From the NCBI GenBank assembly GCA_013239625.1, contig MU054001.1:6125078-6189077 (forward strand): 64,000 nt of DNA. Direction: 5' to 3'. The translations under genes were made by a program, and so were the position numbers. This stretch comes from Lama guanicoe (Eukaryota). Positions 37,630-50,281 of this stretch are shown one piece after another. Position 1 is the first letter of the stretch; each line of letters opens with the position of its first letter. Under the pieces are notes generated by a model. It had not been told where the DNA came from, searched no databases, and saw only the letters and a program-made list of their open reading frames with translations.

Positions 37630-38160
37630 AAAAGTGTTACAGACAGTGTGAGGTACATGAAAACACTCAAAAACTTGTATCTGAATTCAGAGTGGATGAC
37701 AGAAGAAATTCTTCATAGATGAGGAAGCATTTGAGCTGATACTATAAAGAAGACAGATGTTGGATGTGCAAGAACTCAGGGTAGTGTCATTAGAGCAGAC
37801 AGGCTGCAGGAGCCTGGATTTAGAATAAAAATAGTGTGAGGTGCACTTGAGAAATATTAAGAGCTGCATTAGAGAAATATTAAGTAGTCAGGTCCAAGAG
37901 AACTATGGTTTGCATGAAAATCAATAGTGGTAAGCATAATAAATTGGTCTCAGATTAGAGAAGGGTTCAAAGTTGAAATGAACATAGGGATTTTTTTCCA
38001 CAGGCTTTTGAATACAGGGTGTTTCCTGTGAAGGTTTTCTGAGCAGGGGAATGGTATGGTCAGAGCTTCGTTTCACACATGGGAAGAGACTGGAGATAGA
38101 CAACTCAAGAACATTCCCACAGGGGAATGGCATGTGTGAGATACTGAAGCCTGAGAAGGA
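37630..38160 (-). mobile_element. L2 fragments
   Basis: ttcatagatgaggaagcatttgagctg; gaaggttttctgagcaggggaatggtatggtcaga. Confidence 0.5.
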
Positions 38161-38535
38161 TGATGAGGACATTTTGGGGAGACAGACCAGCACAGAGTAT
38201 CAGAGCCCCACAGGTGGGTGAAAAAGACACCCACACAGGAGGCATCCCAGCACCGTATGCTGAAGGATGAAGAAGGGTTCTGTGTAGTTTGAGGGAGGGG
38301 CAGCCTGGCATAGAGTGCTAGCAGTCGGGTACGATGCATCTCCACAGGGGTGGCAGGTCCTAGTCAGTGAAGAAGGTGTCACACAAGACACAGCAAGGCA
38401 GTCCAGTGGGGGGTGTCAGAGACTGGATGGAGTGAAGTTGTGTCCATGTTGGTGGGAAGGGCAGCCGGAATGGGAGATCGATTACATACAGAAGAACTGA
38501 TTATAAGTAAGTGTGATAAGGATCACGGGAGGCAG

Positions 38536-39511
38536 GTTTCTTTCTTAGGGTTTCCATCTCTCTGCTTGCCTTGCGCCTCTGTTCTTCTGTGCTGTCTGCT
38601 TTAACCATCAGAGACCTTACTATATTAATCACAGTTGTTTTCAATTCCTGGTCTGATGATTCCAACATTCCTGCCATATCTGGTTCTGATGCCTGCTCTG
38701 TCTCTTCATATTGTGCTTTTTGCCTTTTGGTATGCTGTGTAATTTTTTCTTGATAGCTAGGCATGGCATACTGGGTAAGAGGAACTACTGTAAATAGATC
38801 TTCGGTAATGAGGCGAGGAGGTGTTGGGGGAGGGGAAGCGTTCCACAGTCCTGTGAGTAGGTTTCAGAATTTTAGTGAGCCTGTGCCTCTGGGCTGTGAA
38901 CTTCACAAGAGTTTCTCAGTTTTTTCCTACCTCCTTAGGTAGGACAGGATGGCTAGAGAGTGGAATTGGATATTTCCTTTCCCTGGGTCAGTTAAGCTCT
39001 GCTAATACCCCCATCAGGTTAGGCTCTAGTTAACTAGTTTCTCCCGAGGGCAGGGCTGGCTAAGAACAAAGTGCTCTGGTGTATTTCAAAATGATTCCTT
39101 TTCCCCTCCCTCTGCCAGAAGCAAAAGGGCATTTTCCTCTGGTTTTACTGTGGGAACTTAGTGGAGTTCCTAGAGGTAAACGCCCCTGAGGTTTTCAACT
39201 CTCACTGTTGTCCATACTGAGTGTGTAGCAATTGGCAATTACAGTTGTCAACTTTACCTTGGCACTGGTTCCCACGGCGGTTTCCACTCCTCAGTGAGTC
39301 TCTGCCCTGGTAAGCTGCGACTTAATACTGCCTGTATTTGCCTATCTATCCAATCCTGGGGGCAGTGGTTTGCCCGGTATATTCCCACCACCACCACCAC
39401 TGCCTTCCAGATCCAAGAGTTGACTTTTCTTTCTGTTCAGCTTTCTGCTTCTTGTTAGGACAGAGTGGTGACTTCCAAGCTGGTTATATGCGAACCAGAA
39501 ACTGGAAGTCC
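38536..39511 (-). mobile_element. L1MD-like 5' end with ORF1 N-terminal remnant
   Basis: ORF 38501-38764 KITQHTKRQ...MLESSDQELKTTVINIVRSL...SREMETLRK resembles old L1 ORF1; ends aaactggaagtc, an antisense L1M 5' terminus. Confidence 0.75.
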
Positions 39512-40643
39512 TTGGGGGGAGGTTTATTATTGTCAGAGAAGGGAGTTACAAATATGGAAACAGAGAAAACTAGAGTGAATAAGTAGATATGTAAATAAAT
39601 ATGTCTATATTTATTTGTAAATAAATGTCTATATTTATTTACATCCATAAATGTGTAAATATAAATTCCCTAGCTCAGCACTGTGAAGGCCTCGGAGCAA
39701 TGACACCCTAGCTTATTGAATAAGCACACCAAATCTGGGTTTCTAAATATCGTTCTTCTATAAATGGGCCAGAGCTCCTTGGAGAAATGATTGAGCTCAG
39801 GGCTGGGGCAGGGCAGGTGCAAGATAAGCCTGGGTGCTCAAACGTTGATGGGGTCATGCCAAAAGGGCACAGAAACCAGCTTGAGGGGGCTCCCACTCTG
39901 CAAATTTTGGATAATTTGAGCACCAAAATGAATGATAGTAACAGATGATAACTAATTGGCTAAAATAGGAATCCATGAATTCATACCGAGAGACATAATA
40001 AGTTGGAAGTTTGAGGAGAAACAGAATATCTACATGGTTTCAAAATACCCCACCAAGAAAACCTTGTCAATTGCAAAGATAAGGAGAGTAACTTTATAAA
40101 GCCTGATAGATACCACCTTATTAAATATCAAAGTTAGCATCAGTGATGGGACAAGTCATAATTATGTGCTACCTAATAAGATGCAATAAGAGGCATGTTG
40201 TATCATTTCTGCAGTGTTCTTGCCAAAGATGCACATCCTGGTTAACCATGAGGAAACATCAAACAAACCCAAACTGAAGGACATTTTACAAAACAAGTGG
40301 CTGTAGTCTTCAAGGGTGTCAAGGTCAAAGTCAAGGAAAGATGGACACTGCTGAACAGACTGAAAAAGACTGATTAGATCTAACAGCTAGGTGCAGTCTG
40401 TAACCCTGAACTGGATCATTTTACTAAAAAGAACTTTGGACCAGTTGGGAAAACTCGAAGGGAGTCTGAAGATTAGATTGTACTAATATATCAATTTAAA
40501 TTTCCTGAACTTGATGGTTGTATTACGGTTTCTGTGGTTCCTAAAGTATTCAAGGGTAATGGAGCATATTAACAACTTATTCTCAAATGTTTTTAACAAA
40601 TGTTTTTACAACTTTCGGTAAGTTTGAGGTTGTTTCAAAAATG
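39512..40643 (+). mobile_element. L1MD-like 3' UTR
   Basis: agggagttacaaatatggaaa...gagcaatgacaccc...ggtcatgccaaaagggcacagaaaccagcttgagggggctcccact...gtaagtttgaggttgtttcaaaa. Confidence 0.8.
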
Positions 40644-40649
40644 AAGGCT

Positions 40650-40950
40650 GCTTGAGTGATTGTAACAGTTGTTCAAATGAGCCTTAATGAAAATATGAAC
40701 ATGGAGTTATCAGGGAGAGGACAAGATGATGAGGGTGAAACTGGCAAGACTAAGAGCCTCATGAATGAGGAGGCAGCAATAGCATGTGGGGACTAAGATG
40801 ATTGTCAGCTTTCAGGCCTGGAAGATTGAGAACATACTGGTGCCTTATTAAGAAAAGAAAAGTAGAAATGTGTAAGTCAGGAAGAAGATTAGGGTTGAGG
40901 GAAAACAAGAATGAGTTTATGTTTAGGATATATTAAGTATACTGAGTTGA
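40650..40950 (-). mobile_element. L2 fragment
   Basis: aagatgattgtcagctttcaggcctgg...tggtgcc...aatgagtttatgtttaggatatattaagt. Confidence 0.6.
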
Positions 40951-41696
40951 AAGAATAGTTCACAGCCTATTCAGAATCAAGGATCCTTTGAGGATTTTAA
41001 GAAGAGATGCTAAACATAAGTGTGTACGTGTGTGTGTGTGTGTGTGTGTGTTTGGTGGGGGAAGCAGATCAATGCCAGGCTTGGCTTGTCCTGGGTCCAC
41101 CCCCAATAACTCTCTGAGTGTGCGGCATTCCAGCCATCATTTATCCTTTTCACTAGCGCCTTGATTATCCACACCTGTGGGGAATGAGCTTAACTATCTA
41201 ACTGATTATTCTTGGAAGGTTACCAAGAGTAAAAGCTAAAGCCAGAAACGTCCCACGCTATTTCCAAAGCATACTGTCTTTTCAGCTCATACGAATCCCC
41301 TGTTGCCAAATGATCTGTCCACGGTCCGGACAGCTGAAAAGGCTGAATGCATTCTGGTTGCACAAATGTGTCCTTTGATGACTTTATTATTTAGTCCCCT
41401 CTTTAAAGGTAACGTGTGGCCCAGTACCCTATCTTGGCGTTTGAGACTTTATCCAGCCGTAATTTTGTAGCCCTATTTCCTCTCCTCTCCTACATGAGTC
41501 CCCACTCTAGTCAGCCCTGTCTCCTTTTCATTGTCAAACTTGTCATGCTCTTTCACACTTTTGAGACGTGACTCGTGAGTTGAAATTCAACTCATGTCCA
41601 GAGAAAGCACTGTGCTAGGCACTCTGGAGGCACTGAGTTGATAAGACACAGTCTCTTTCCTCAAGGAATTTCAGTCACAGTAGAAATGGAAGGTGC

Positions 41697-42306
41697 CAAA
41701 AGATACAGACACTCCAATGTTCATAGCAGCACTATTTACAATAGCCAATACATGGAAGCAACCTAAATGTCCATCAACAGATGACTGGATAAAGAAGATG
41801 TGGTATATTTATACAATGGAATACTACTCAATGATAAAAAAGAATAAAATAGTGCCATTTGCAGCAACATGGACGGACCTGGGGATTGTCATTCTAAATG
41901 AAGTAAGCCAAAAAGAAAAAGAAAAATACTGTATGATATCACTCATATGTGGAATCTAAATTTAAACAAAAGAAAAAGAGAGGACACTAATTACCTCATC
42001 TATAAAACAGAAACAGACTCACAGACATAGTTAACAATCTTATGGTTACCGGGAGAAATGGGGTGGGAAGGGATAAATTTGGGAGATTGAGATTTAACCA
42101 CTATATATAAAAAGAGATAAAAAAACAAATTTCTTCTGTATAGCACAGGGAACTATATTCAATATCTTGTAATAACCTTTAATGAAAAAAATGAAAACAA
42201 ATACATGTATATATATATATATATATATGCATGACTGGGATATTATACTGTACACATTGTAACTGACTGTACTTTAATTTAAAAAGATAAAATAATGAAA
42301 ATAAAA
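41697..42306 (+). mobile_element. Young L1 3' end (ORF2 C-terminus, 3' UTR, A-rich tail)
   Basis: ORF 41693-41959 TPMFIAALFTIANTWKQPKCPSTDDWIKKMWYIYTMEYY; no convincing TSD. Confidence 0.92.
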
Positions 42307-42496
42307 GAGGAATATTTAAAAGGACACAATGAGACATGAAAAATTATAATCACAGAAGTTTTGAAGACTTTATTGTGAAAAATTAAAATACAAAAATATC
42401 TGAATACAGTTAACATGTAGGTAGATTCATGGTTATAACTATTAGGGTACATCTGAGAAAAAGTGTTACTTCCTTTCTCAAAGATGATCATTAAGG

Positions 42497-42779
42497 NNNN
42501 NNNNNNNNNNNNNNNNNNNNNNNNNNNNNNNNNNNNNNNNNNNNNNNNNNNNNNNNNNNNNNNNNNNNNNNNNNNNNNNNNNNNNNNNNNNNNNNNNNNN
42601 NNNNNNNNNNNNNNNNNNNNNNNNNNNNNNNNNNNNNNNNNNNNNNNNNNNNNNNNNNNNNNNNNNNNNNNNNNNNNNNNNNNNNNNNNNNNNNNNNNNN
42701 NNNNNNNNNNNNNNNNNNNNNNNNNNNNNNNNNNNNNNNNNNNNNNNNNNNNNNNNNNNNNNNNNNNNNNNNNNNNNNN
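42497..42779. other. Assembly gap (283 N)
   Basis: run of n. Confidence 1.
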
Positions 42780-42790
42780 AAAAAAAAAAA

Positions 42791-42849
<59 letters not shown>

Positions 42850-42920
42850 TGATTGGACATTTTGCTATATGCCAGAAATTGACACATTGTAACTGACTAT
42901 AGTTCAATTAAAAACAAAAG
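42780..42920 (+). mobile_element. L1 extreme 3' end containing (TA)n
   Basis: atgcatga...ccagaaattgacacattgtaactgactatagttcaattaaaa, similar to 42225-42285. Confidence 0.8.
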
Positions 42921-43299
42921 AAGATGCATAAATAAGAAAGAGGAGGATCTTCTTTATGAAGGCAGGTGTGGAAGAGGAGCAGGCACGTGGAGCTCAAGAT
43001 TGGACAGGTGCTAACTTTTATAATTATGACTTGAAGACATTGAGCCAACCTGTCCCCAAACCTACCATTTACAACGGGCTGCTCCTGCTGCCTGGGAAGT
43101 ACACTCCATGCTTTTCACCCTCACTGTCCCTCATTCTTCAGGCCTCAACTGGAAATAAACATTTCCCTCAGAGTGGCCTTTCCTGATCCACTCCTGCCAC
43201 CAACTACGGTAAAACAGGAAAGTCTATACTCACACTTCCCTTCTTTCTCATCAGGGAAAATGGTCACATGCATTAGAAAGAATTGGAAGCAAAAAATCA

Positions 43300-43410
43300 A
43301 AGTCTCAGATTCTTAGAGCTGGAATGGACTTCAGCCAGCCCAGCCTCTTGCAAGGCAGATGAAGAAACTGAGGTTCAGACAGGGAAGTAATTTACCAAAC
43401 ACCACACAGC
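43300..43410 (-). mobile_element. MIR/MIR3
   Basis: ttagagctggaatggac...cagatgaagaaactgaggttcagacagggaagtaattt. Confidence 0.7.
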
Positions 43411-43900
43411 AGTCCAGATGCTTTGGTTGCAAGAAATAAAAATATCAGCCCAAATGATTTCCACAAAAAGAGAAGTTATTGGCTCATGTAATTGAACAGC
43501 CCAGAGGTACACCTAGGTTTAGATAAGACTTGATCTAGACTCCAATGATGAGACTGGGATTTGTGTATGCTCTCTCTTTCTCTCTGGCTCTTCTATTGTG
43601 GTACTGAAATGGGTCCTAAAACATCCCAGAAGTATATACTTCCTCCCTGGATTCCATTTCCCCAATAACCCAACCCAAACGCCAGAAGTTAGATTTATTG
43701 GCCCTGGTTCACCTAGCTTGGTATGTGGTCAATCTCTGAACCCATCACTGTGGCCACTGGCATGGGATATGCATACTGGCTTGAGGCAAAGAGGGCCTAC
43801 ACCTAGAGCTAGAGGTAGGACTCATCTACCCAAATCTCATGGCTGGGAAATTTTTGATGCTATTGTGAAGAAGATAGGAGACTGGATGCTGGGGACACAG
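43410..43900 (-). mobile_element. MaLR LTR MLT1K-like
   Basis: gatgctttggttgcaag...ttattggctcatgtaattgaa...ctctgaacccatcactgtggcca...tggatgctggg. Confidence 0.75.
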
Positions 43901-44849
43901 TCCAGTTTTCTACCCCAGAGAGTTACTGCCAAAGTCAAGGCTAACAGCCTTCCGGCTCAGATTCAGTGGTTTCATCACATTCTGGAAAAGCCAGCGAAGG
44001 TTCCATGGCACCAAGACACAGCCAAAGGGGTTTTGCATTCAAATAATTCTGTACTGACTCTGAAATGACAACACTAAATTCACCATTCCTCAGGCCGAGG
44101 TAGAGAACCTCCTGGATCTGAGTCCAGACAGAGATGGGGAGCAAGTGGAAGAGAGGTGATTCCTGGAAGACACTGCAGAACTAAATTAGGAATGGGAAGC
44201 AGGGAACCTGGGTAATGGTTGTCCCGCATGTGCTGCCAGTGGAATTGAATCAGCACCGGTTGATTTAATCTATGCAAAGTGAGACTGGTCTTCTGGAAAA
44301 CTGCCCATGAGCAGATCTGCAAGACCCGTAATTGGCACATTAGATGAAAATAAAGTGAGACTAAAGGCAGAGCTCTTCCAACCTGAATATCCAGAGCAAT
44401 GCAGACAGACTGGCTGGCTGGAGGAGAACAGGAAATAGGGTGGCAGGGGATTTATTCCCAGGGAGCCATGGTTCAGAGCTGGCTCCTTCAGGGATCTGTA
44501 TTTGTGTATTGTATTAAAAACAAAGCTCGCACAGAACACATTTTATTCCCAATAATGTAGAATTTAAGATGTGCTTTTTTTCCCTTGGTATAATCACAAA
44601 AATACTGCATCTGCTAATCCTTTTGGGGTTTTCTGAGCTCCATAACAGTAACCTCTCCTGGCACAGAATACTGTCACCAAATAAGGTGATGACTAAACTC
44701 ACTTGATAATTTCACCTCCATCGTCTTTAAGCATTCTCTCGGAGAGAAGGGCTGAAAAGTTACAGGGCAATTCTGCCTTGGGAGGACCCCTTTATGGCAC
44801 ATACTCAGGAAGAAGGAAACTTCCAATTCCTTGGCAAGGCTCTCCAGAG

Positions 44850-45275
44850 TCTAGTCCTGGCCCATCTTTCAAATTCAATCTCTCCCTTCTCCTGTCCACT
44901 CTCTGGTGACCAAGCCTGGAGCAAAGAGGTTTTCTAGACTGGGTTCCATGCTTGTTTGATGTGCTGCCTTGTACAGAATGTATATTACCTTCCCACACAT
45001 CTATGGACCATAGTCAGATGATGGCTTCTAGTTTGTGACCGCTAGATTAGAATTCCACCTTTTTGGTGAATCCTTCTTTGATTCTCAGTTAAGAGGAGGT
45101 AACTGCTCCCTCCATTTTGCTTCTGTCTCTCTTGGACCACTCATAACATGTCCTGTCTTGTATTATTGTGATTTGTGCATCCACATTAACTTTCACATCA
45201 GTCTCTGTACTTCCAAGACAGAGATCACAGATGATTTATCTCTGTAGTCCCATGATGCCTATCCTGGATGGATTT
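44850..45275 (+). mobile_element. L2 3' fragment
   Basis: ttccacctttttggtgaatccttctttga...gtattattgtgatttg...atctctgtagtccc. Confidence 0.5.
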
Positions 45276-45764
45276 CTTGAAGAAAATCCTTAAGGAAATT
45301 CCTTGAAAATTTTTCTGGGAGAAAATACATACAGACAAAAGCTTTGTGTATTTTACTAACTGCAGCACTTTGAAAAAGCACAGCCAGATACCCTGTGAAA
45401 GCTTTGAGGGTAAGAAAATGGGGATCCTGGGTGCATTCTCTGATGGAATTCCCTAAAACTTCCCTTTTACTGTCCCAGCCCTGAGTCTTTTCACCATGTA
45501 GGCTGTTTGTCATCCTCAGCTCAGAAGAACCTTCCCTTATTGAATTACCGTGACCCTGGGCAGCTACTAATCTGTGAGGCAGTTTCAGGCCACCATTCTT
45601 GGTGATGCGAATCATTTATAAAAGTTATAGTGAAGTGACATCCAGCTGGTAACATGCCCTGGAGTGGGACGTTCCCAGAAAAGCTATCTAGATCAGATAA
45701 ATAGACTCTGAAGCCACCAGTCATAGAATTAGATTCTGGTGCTAGGGACCATTTTGGTTTATAT

Positions 45765-45810
45765 TTTGTCTTTCCCCTGAGCTGCTGCTACCAACTTACC
45801 CCAGGACTCC
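45765..45810 (+). repeat. 46-bp exact direct repeat, copy 1
   Basis: tttgtctttcccctgagctgctgctaccaacttaccccaggactcc identical to 48477-48522. Confidence 0.97.
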
Positions 45811-45954
45811 AGCTACTCAAACTGCCCTACCCCTGTCCACAGTGATCATGGCTCTTTAAAGAGTCAATGGCATATAGGGAGATCGGAATACAAAAGATCT
45901 AGCTTCAGGGAAAGCTAATCAACCACACACATGTGTCATTAAAAGTAAAGTGGA

Positions 45955-46243
45955 AAATGATACAAATGAACTTACTTACAAAACGGAAAGAGACTCACAG
46001 ACAGAAAACAAACTTACCGTTACCAAAGGGGAAAGGGATGGGGGAGGGGATAAATTAGGAGTTTGAGATTAGCAGATATAAACTATTATATGCAAAATAG
46101 GTAACCAACAAGGTCTTACTGTATAGCACAGGGAACTATCTTGTAATAACCTATAATGAAAAAGAATATATATATATTTGTTTTCACTATGCTGTACACC
46201 AGAAACTAACACAACATTGTAAATCAACCATCATTTTTAAAAA
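45955..46243 (+). mobile_element. Cetartiodactyl-type L1 3' UTR
   Basis: atgatacaaatgaactta...gagactcacagac...gggataaattaggagtttgagattagcagat...gctgtacaccagaaactaacacaacattgtaaatcaac. Confidence 0.9.
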
Positions 46244-46249
46244 ATGGAA

Positions 46250-46490
46250 TGCAGTATAATGTTAACCACTAAAAATACAGATTCTAGAATTAAGATCCAT
46301 GGTTTGAAACTGGCTCCCTTGAGAAAGTTATCTGGCCTCTCCAACCTTCAGTGAACTTATCTGTAAAGTGATGACAGTAATAGTGTCTACCACACAGGGC
46401 TGTTTTTCAAAGAAAGTGTGAGTCTGCGAGGGAAACTCCTAGCACAGTCCTTGGCACCTAATAGCACTCAAAACAGGTTAGCTATCCCTT
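46250..46490 (+). mobile_element. MIR
   Basis: atctgtaaagtgatgacagtaatagtgtctacc...tagcacagtccttggcacctaatagcactcaa. Confidence 0.75.
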
Positions 46491-46719
46491 TATCTACTTT
46501 ATCAGCATTATTCGTAAAGTGTCTGGTACTTAAATTCCCAGATTAACAGCTGAGAAGAGCCATAGAATAAGCTCTTGACCACCATCTTTCCTGGAGCTGA
46601 AACACTCATAGGATCTCCAAGCCCCTCTTCTGCCTGCAGGAATGTCTGTTCTCACACATCTTTGGAAGAATGTTCTTCATCCTTTAGTCTGTCCCCAACT
46701 AGATCTTTCTTTCATGGGT

Positions 46720-46980
46720 TTCAAGATCAGAGCTAGAACCACCAGTTGGAAAACAGGGGGAGGCTGGTCTCAACTCAGTGTAACAGGAGAACTTTCTCAC
46801 GGAATGGACTGTCTACATATGAGACGGGCTGCCTCTAGAGGGAGTGAAGTCTCCATTACAGGATATACGCAGCTGGGTTAAACACTTGCTAGAAATACTG
46901 TGAAATAACTCAGGCATCATATCCAGGAATTGAACTGGAAGACTTTTGAGCACTTGATTAATCCTAGCTTTCAATTCTCT
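46720..46980 (+). mobile_element. L3/CR1 LINE 3' end
   Basis: ggagaactttctcac...gggctgcctctagagggagtgaagtctccattacagg...cacttg. Confidence 0.65.
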
Positions 46981-47402
46981 CTCTTTTTTTATTCTTGACA
47001 CTTCCTTACAGAAAAATAATTTAATAACATTGGAAAGCATCCCAAATAGTCATTTTAGTCATTTTACCTGCTTTGTGGAACAGAGCGTTTTGCAAAGCAA
47101 AGGTCCCCAAACTGATCTTTTAATAGAAAAGAATTTTTAGTAAACATACAACCAACAGCTACAAAACTCATACTTGAGAAGTGAAAGAAAATTCTACTTG
47201 GTAAACTCTATTTTAGAGAGGCATTCACTGAATTGCTTAGCGATATGCACCTTGAGTTGAATTAAGTTCAGGAGCTAAATATATTTTAAAATATTCCTGC
47301 CTTCTATCTTTTACTATACCACACTCGCTGGCTTCGGAATGTACCTTTTATCTTCTGGGAAAGATAAAATCTTTCATCCTAATCAGAGCATTTATTGGAT
47401 GC

Positions 47403-48068
47403 TATGGTATAATAAAGATCTTTGTCCAGATTTTTGGCAGGGAACTTCTAAAAACCTTGAAACTTCTTGAATGATGAGAGTATATTTGTTATGCTAATCA
47501 GGTCACTCGTGGGGGACCTTCAGATAGCTTCAGAATGGTCACCAGAAAGACCAGCTAGGTGATTATAGGGTAGTGACCTCTGGCCAGATCAACCACTGGA
47601 GAGAAGAGAGGGGATTGTGTTCAACCACAAGGCCAAGGATTTAGTCAGTCATGCCTATGTAGGGAAGCCCCAATAAAATCCTGGATGTCAAAGCTCGGAG
47701 GAGCTCCCTGGTTGGTAAGCACATTGGTGTGCCAGCAGGGTGCCCTGGCCTGACTCCACGAGCAGAGGGCATGGAAGTTCTGCATTCAGGACCCTCCCAG
47801 ACCTCACCCTATGTGTATCCTTTATAGTGAAATTACAATGGTAAGTATAGTGCTTTCCTGAATCCTGTGAGTCGTTCTAATGAACTATCCAACCTGAGAG
47901 GGTCATGGGAACCCTCAAATTTACAGCCAGCTGGTCAGAAGTGCAGCCTGGGGACGCCCACGGTGCGGCTGGTATCTGAAGCAAGCACTGTCTGGCAGAA
48001 GATTAAGTCCTCAAATATGTGGAATCTGAGGCCGATTCCAGGTGGTTTATGTCAGTTGGTGTTGAAAC
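47403..48068 (+). mobile_element. ERVL solo LTR MER21-like
   Basis: ttgttatgctaat...gatagcttcagaatggtcaccagaaagacc...catgcctatgt...ccaataaaa...ctgtgagtcgttcta...ggtcagaagtg. Confidence 0.85.
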
Positions 48069-48344
48069 AAAATAGACACCATAATATAAAGTTATTTCCC
48101 TGGAGAGGTGTGTCTTGGCTCTCTCTCACAAGGAAGTTTGGGCCACCAGGAACACAACTCTTAGAAGGTAATTGGAGGAATCAGATGGGTAGAAGCTGGG
48201 CCATTGCAGGATTGTGAGGAGCATGTAGGTTCTTGAGGGGACACTGCATGGGCAAGAGGACACAGACAGCAAGACTAAGATGTGGCCGTGGGCATTCAGG
48301 AAACAGTGAGCCAAAAGGAGTGTGTGTGTAAGTTCTTATTTAAT

Positions 48345-48548
48345 TCTCATGCATGCTTATAAGATAGTCATTGTAACTCTCCTTTTGCAGATGAGAAAAA
48401 TGAGAACTGGAGAGGGTAAGTAAAAGGATCAAGCTTATAAGTGTCAGAGCCAGGATTTTTAACCCATTCTGTTTGATTTGTCTTTCCCCTGAGCTGCTGC
48501 TACCAACTTACCCCAGGACTCCTTGCTCCACGCAATATGCCATAGTGC
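48345..48548 (-). mobile_element. MIR carrying the 46-bp insert
   Basis: ttttgcagatgagaaaaatgag...gagagggtaagtaa...gtcagagccaggattt...[insert]...tgctc...tatgccatagtgc. Confidence 0.7.
48477..48522 (+). repeat. 46-bp exact direct repeat, copy 2
   Basis: identical to 45765-45810. Confidence 0.97.
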
Positions 48549-50281
48549 GTTTCTCAGTAAGGGCAGCAGGCAGTGTCTCAGCACCACCGTCTGTGATAGG
48601 AGCAGGAGACTGGAACAGCTTCACTCAGCCAAAACTGGAGAACTAGTGATGGGAGAGGGGAGGACCAAGCTGGGTTTTTGCCGAAACTGAAGCATGTGGC
48701 AAGGTTATAATGAGAAGGATGCGCACATGAAGGTATGATACTGTAACTGGAGTATGGGGAGGGACACAGTCACAGAACCAAGGTAGGAAAAAGGCAGGGT
48801 CAACCCAGCAGCTTCTTGTACCCTTGATGCTGGACAACCTGGATTCCTCCTGTCAGAGGTCAGAATTAATCCCGTACTCAGCTGTAGGGGTAGAAGTCTG
48901 CAGAGACTAGGACTGGCCAGACAATGAGGTCATCAGCCTAAAAGGAACGGGTAACAAGTCCAACAGACAGTGTATTGTGGTGAAGCCTAATACCAGTGTG
49001 ATTTATATGGAATCAAAACTTTTTTAAAAACACAGGGTAGGCCTAAAAAATGTTTCCAGAGTTTACCAGTGTGTCATCCCAGGACAAGTGAAAGGTTTTC
49101 ATCGGGGGAAGAGGAGGGGAATTGAGTGAGCTTATTTGTCCCTTCAGATATGTTACAAGGCAGATCCAGACTAGTTTTTTTCTTAGTTCAAACAAAGAGA
49201 GAATGCACTGACATTAAATAGGAAGAATTGCTTGATGGTCAAGGAGATGAAAAGGAATGGAAAACCAGTGGAAACTGTGTCAAGAAGACAATAGACAAGT
49301 CTATCTTTCTCTTGGTTATCAACTTTCAGGAGTTTAATGAAGTTCTAATACCACTTTATCCAGTATGGCAAAAAAATCTCATCATGTCAAAGAACTCTAA
49401 ATTGACTTTTTATTTATCTGAATTTAAAGTTAAGTCACCTCTACCGTCTTAAATAAAGTTGCATATCTGAGGTTTCATAAAATGGGAATCTAGACATTAA
49501 TCTGTTCAAAGGCATTTAATAAAGCAACTGACTTATTAGGTTTGCTTCCAGCTCAGTGATTCTTAAATGTACTCTATTTTTAATTTTTAACTTTTTTACT
49601 GTGACATATATTACATGCGTGGAAAATTGTACTATTCAAGTTTTCTCATTTTTTTCTGTGTTCATCTTAGTAAGTTGAATTTTTCTAGAAATCTGTTTAT
49701 CTGTATGTTAAATTATTAGCATAAACTTGTTCATAATACTCACTTATTAACTTTTTTATATCTACGGAGTTTGAAATAATGCTCTTTTTTTTCACACCTG
49801 GCATTGGTTATTTGTGCATTCTCTCATTTTCTTTCTTGATCAGCCTTAATAGGAGTTTCAAATATTATTAATCTTGTGATAATTTAACATTATTTCATTA
49901 ATTCTTTTATTTATTATTTCCTTTCTTCTACTTCCTTTGAGTTTAATTTAATTTTTTTCCCTTTCATGAAATACTTAGTTCATTGATTATCAGTCTTTCT
50001 TCTTTTTTCTATGCATTTAAAGGTTTAATATCCCCTCTATGTGAGCTTTAACTACACACCACGAACAAGTTTTGAATGTAGAACTTTAATTTTCAGTCAG
50101 TTCAAAACATTTTTTCCCAAATGTTACAGCATATTTTTTATTAATACTTTTGGGCACCAAAGTTTTCTGATAGTTAAATCATCACTTTAGTGGGAAAGTC
50201 AACTATGCAGTAAGTACCCCAGGCCCTTGGCAAAATTGCAAAGTAAAATGAATACATCTTCGGACCTTTCAGACCTTTCAC

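Noticed and set aside
37849..37884. 13-bp direct repeat gagaaatattaag
   Set aside because: Ordinary local slippage-type duplication, like those at 50263-50280 and 51653-51675
42279..42907. Long ORFs spanning the gap
   Set aside because: Artefacts of N runs and (TA)n
45765..48522. 46-bp repeats as LTRs, TSDs or att sites of a 2.7-kb element
   Set aside because: The interior contains unrelated ancient MIR, L3 and MER21 relics and has no coding capacity
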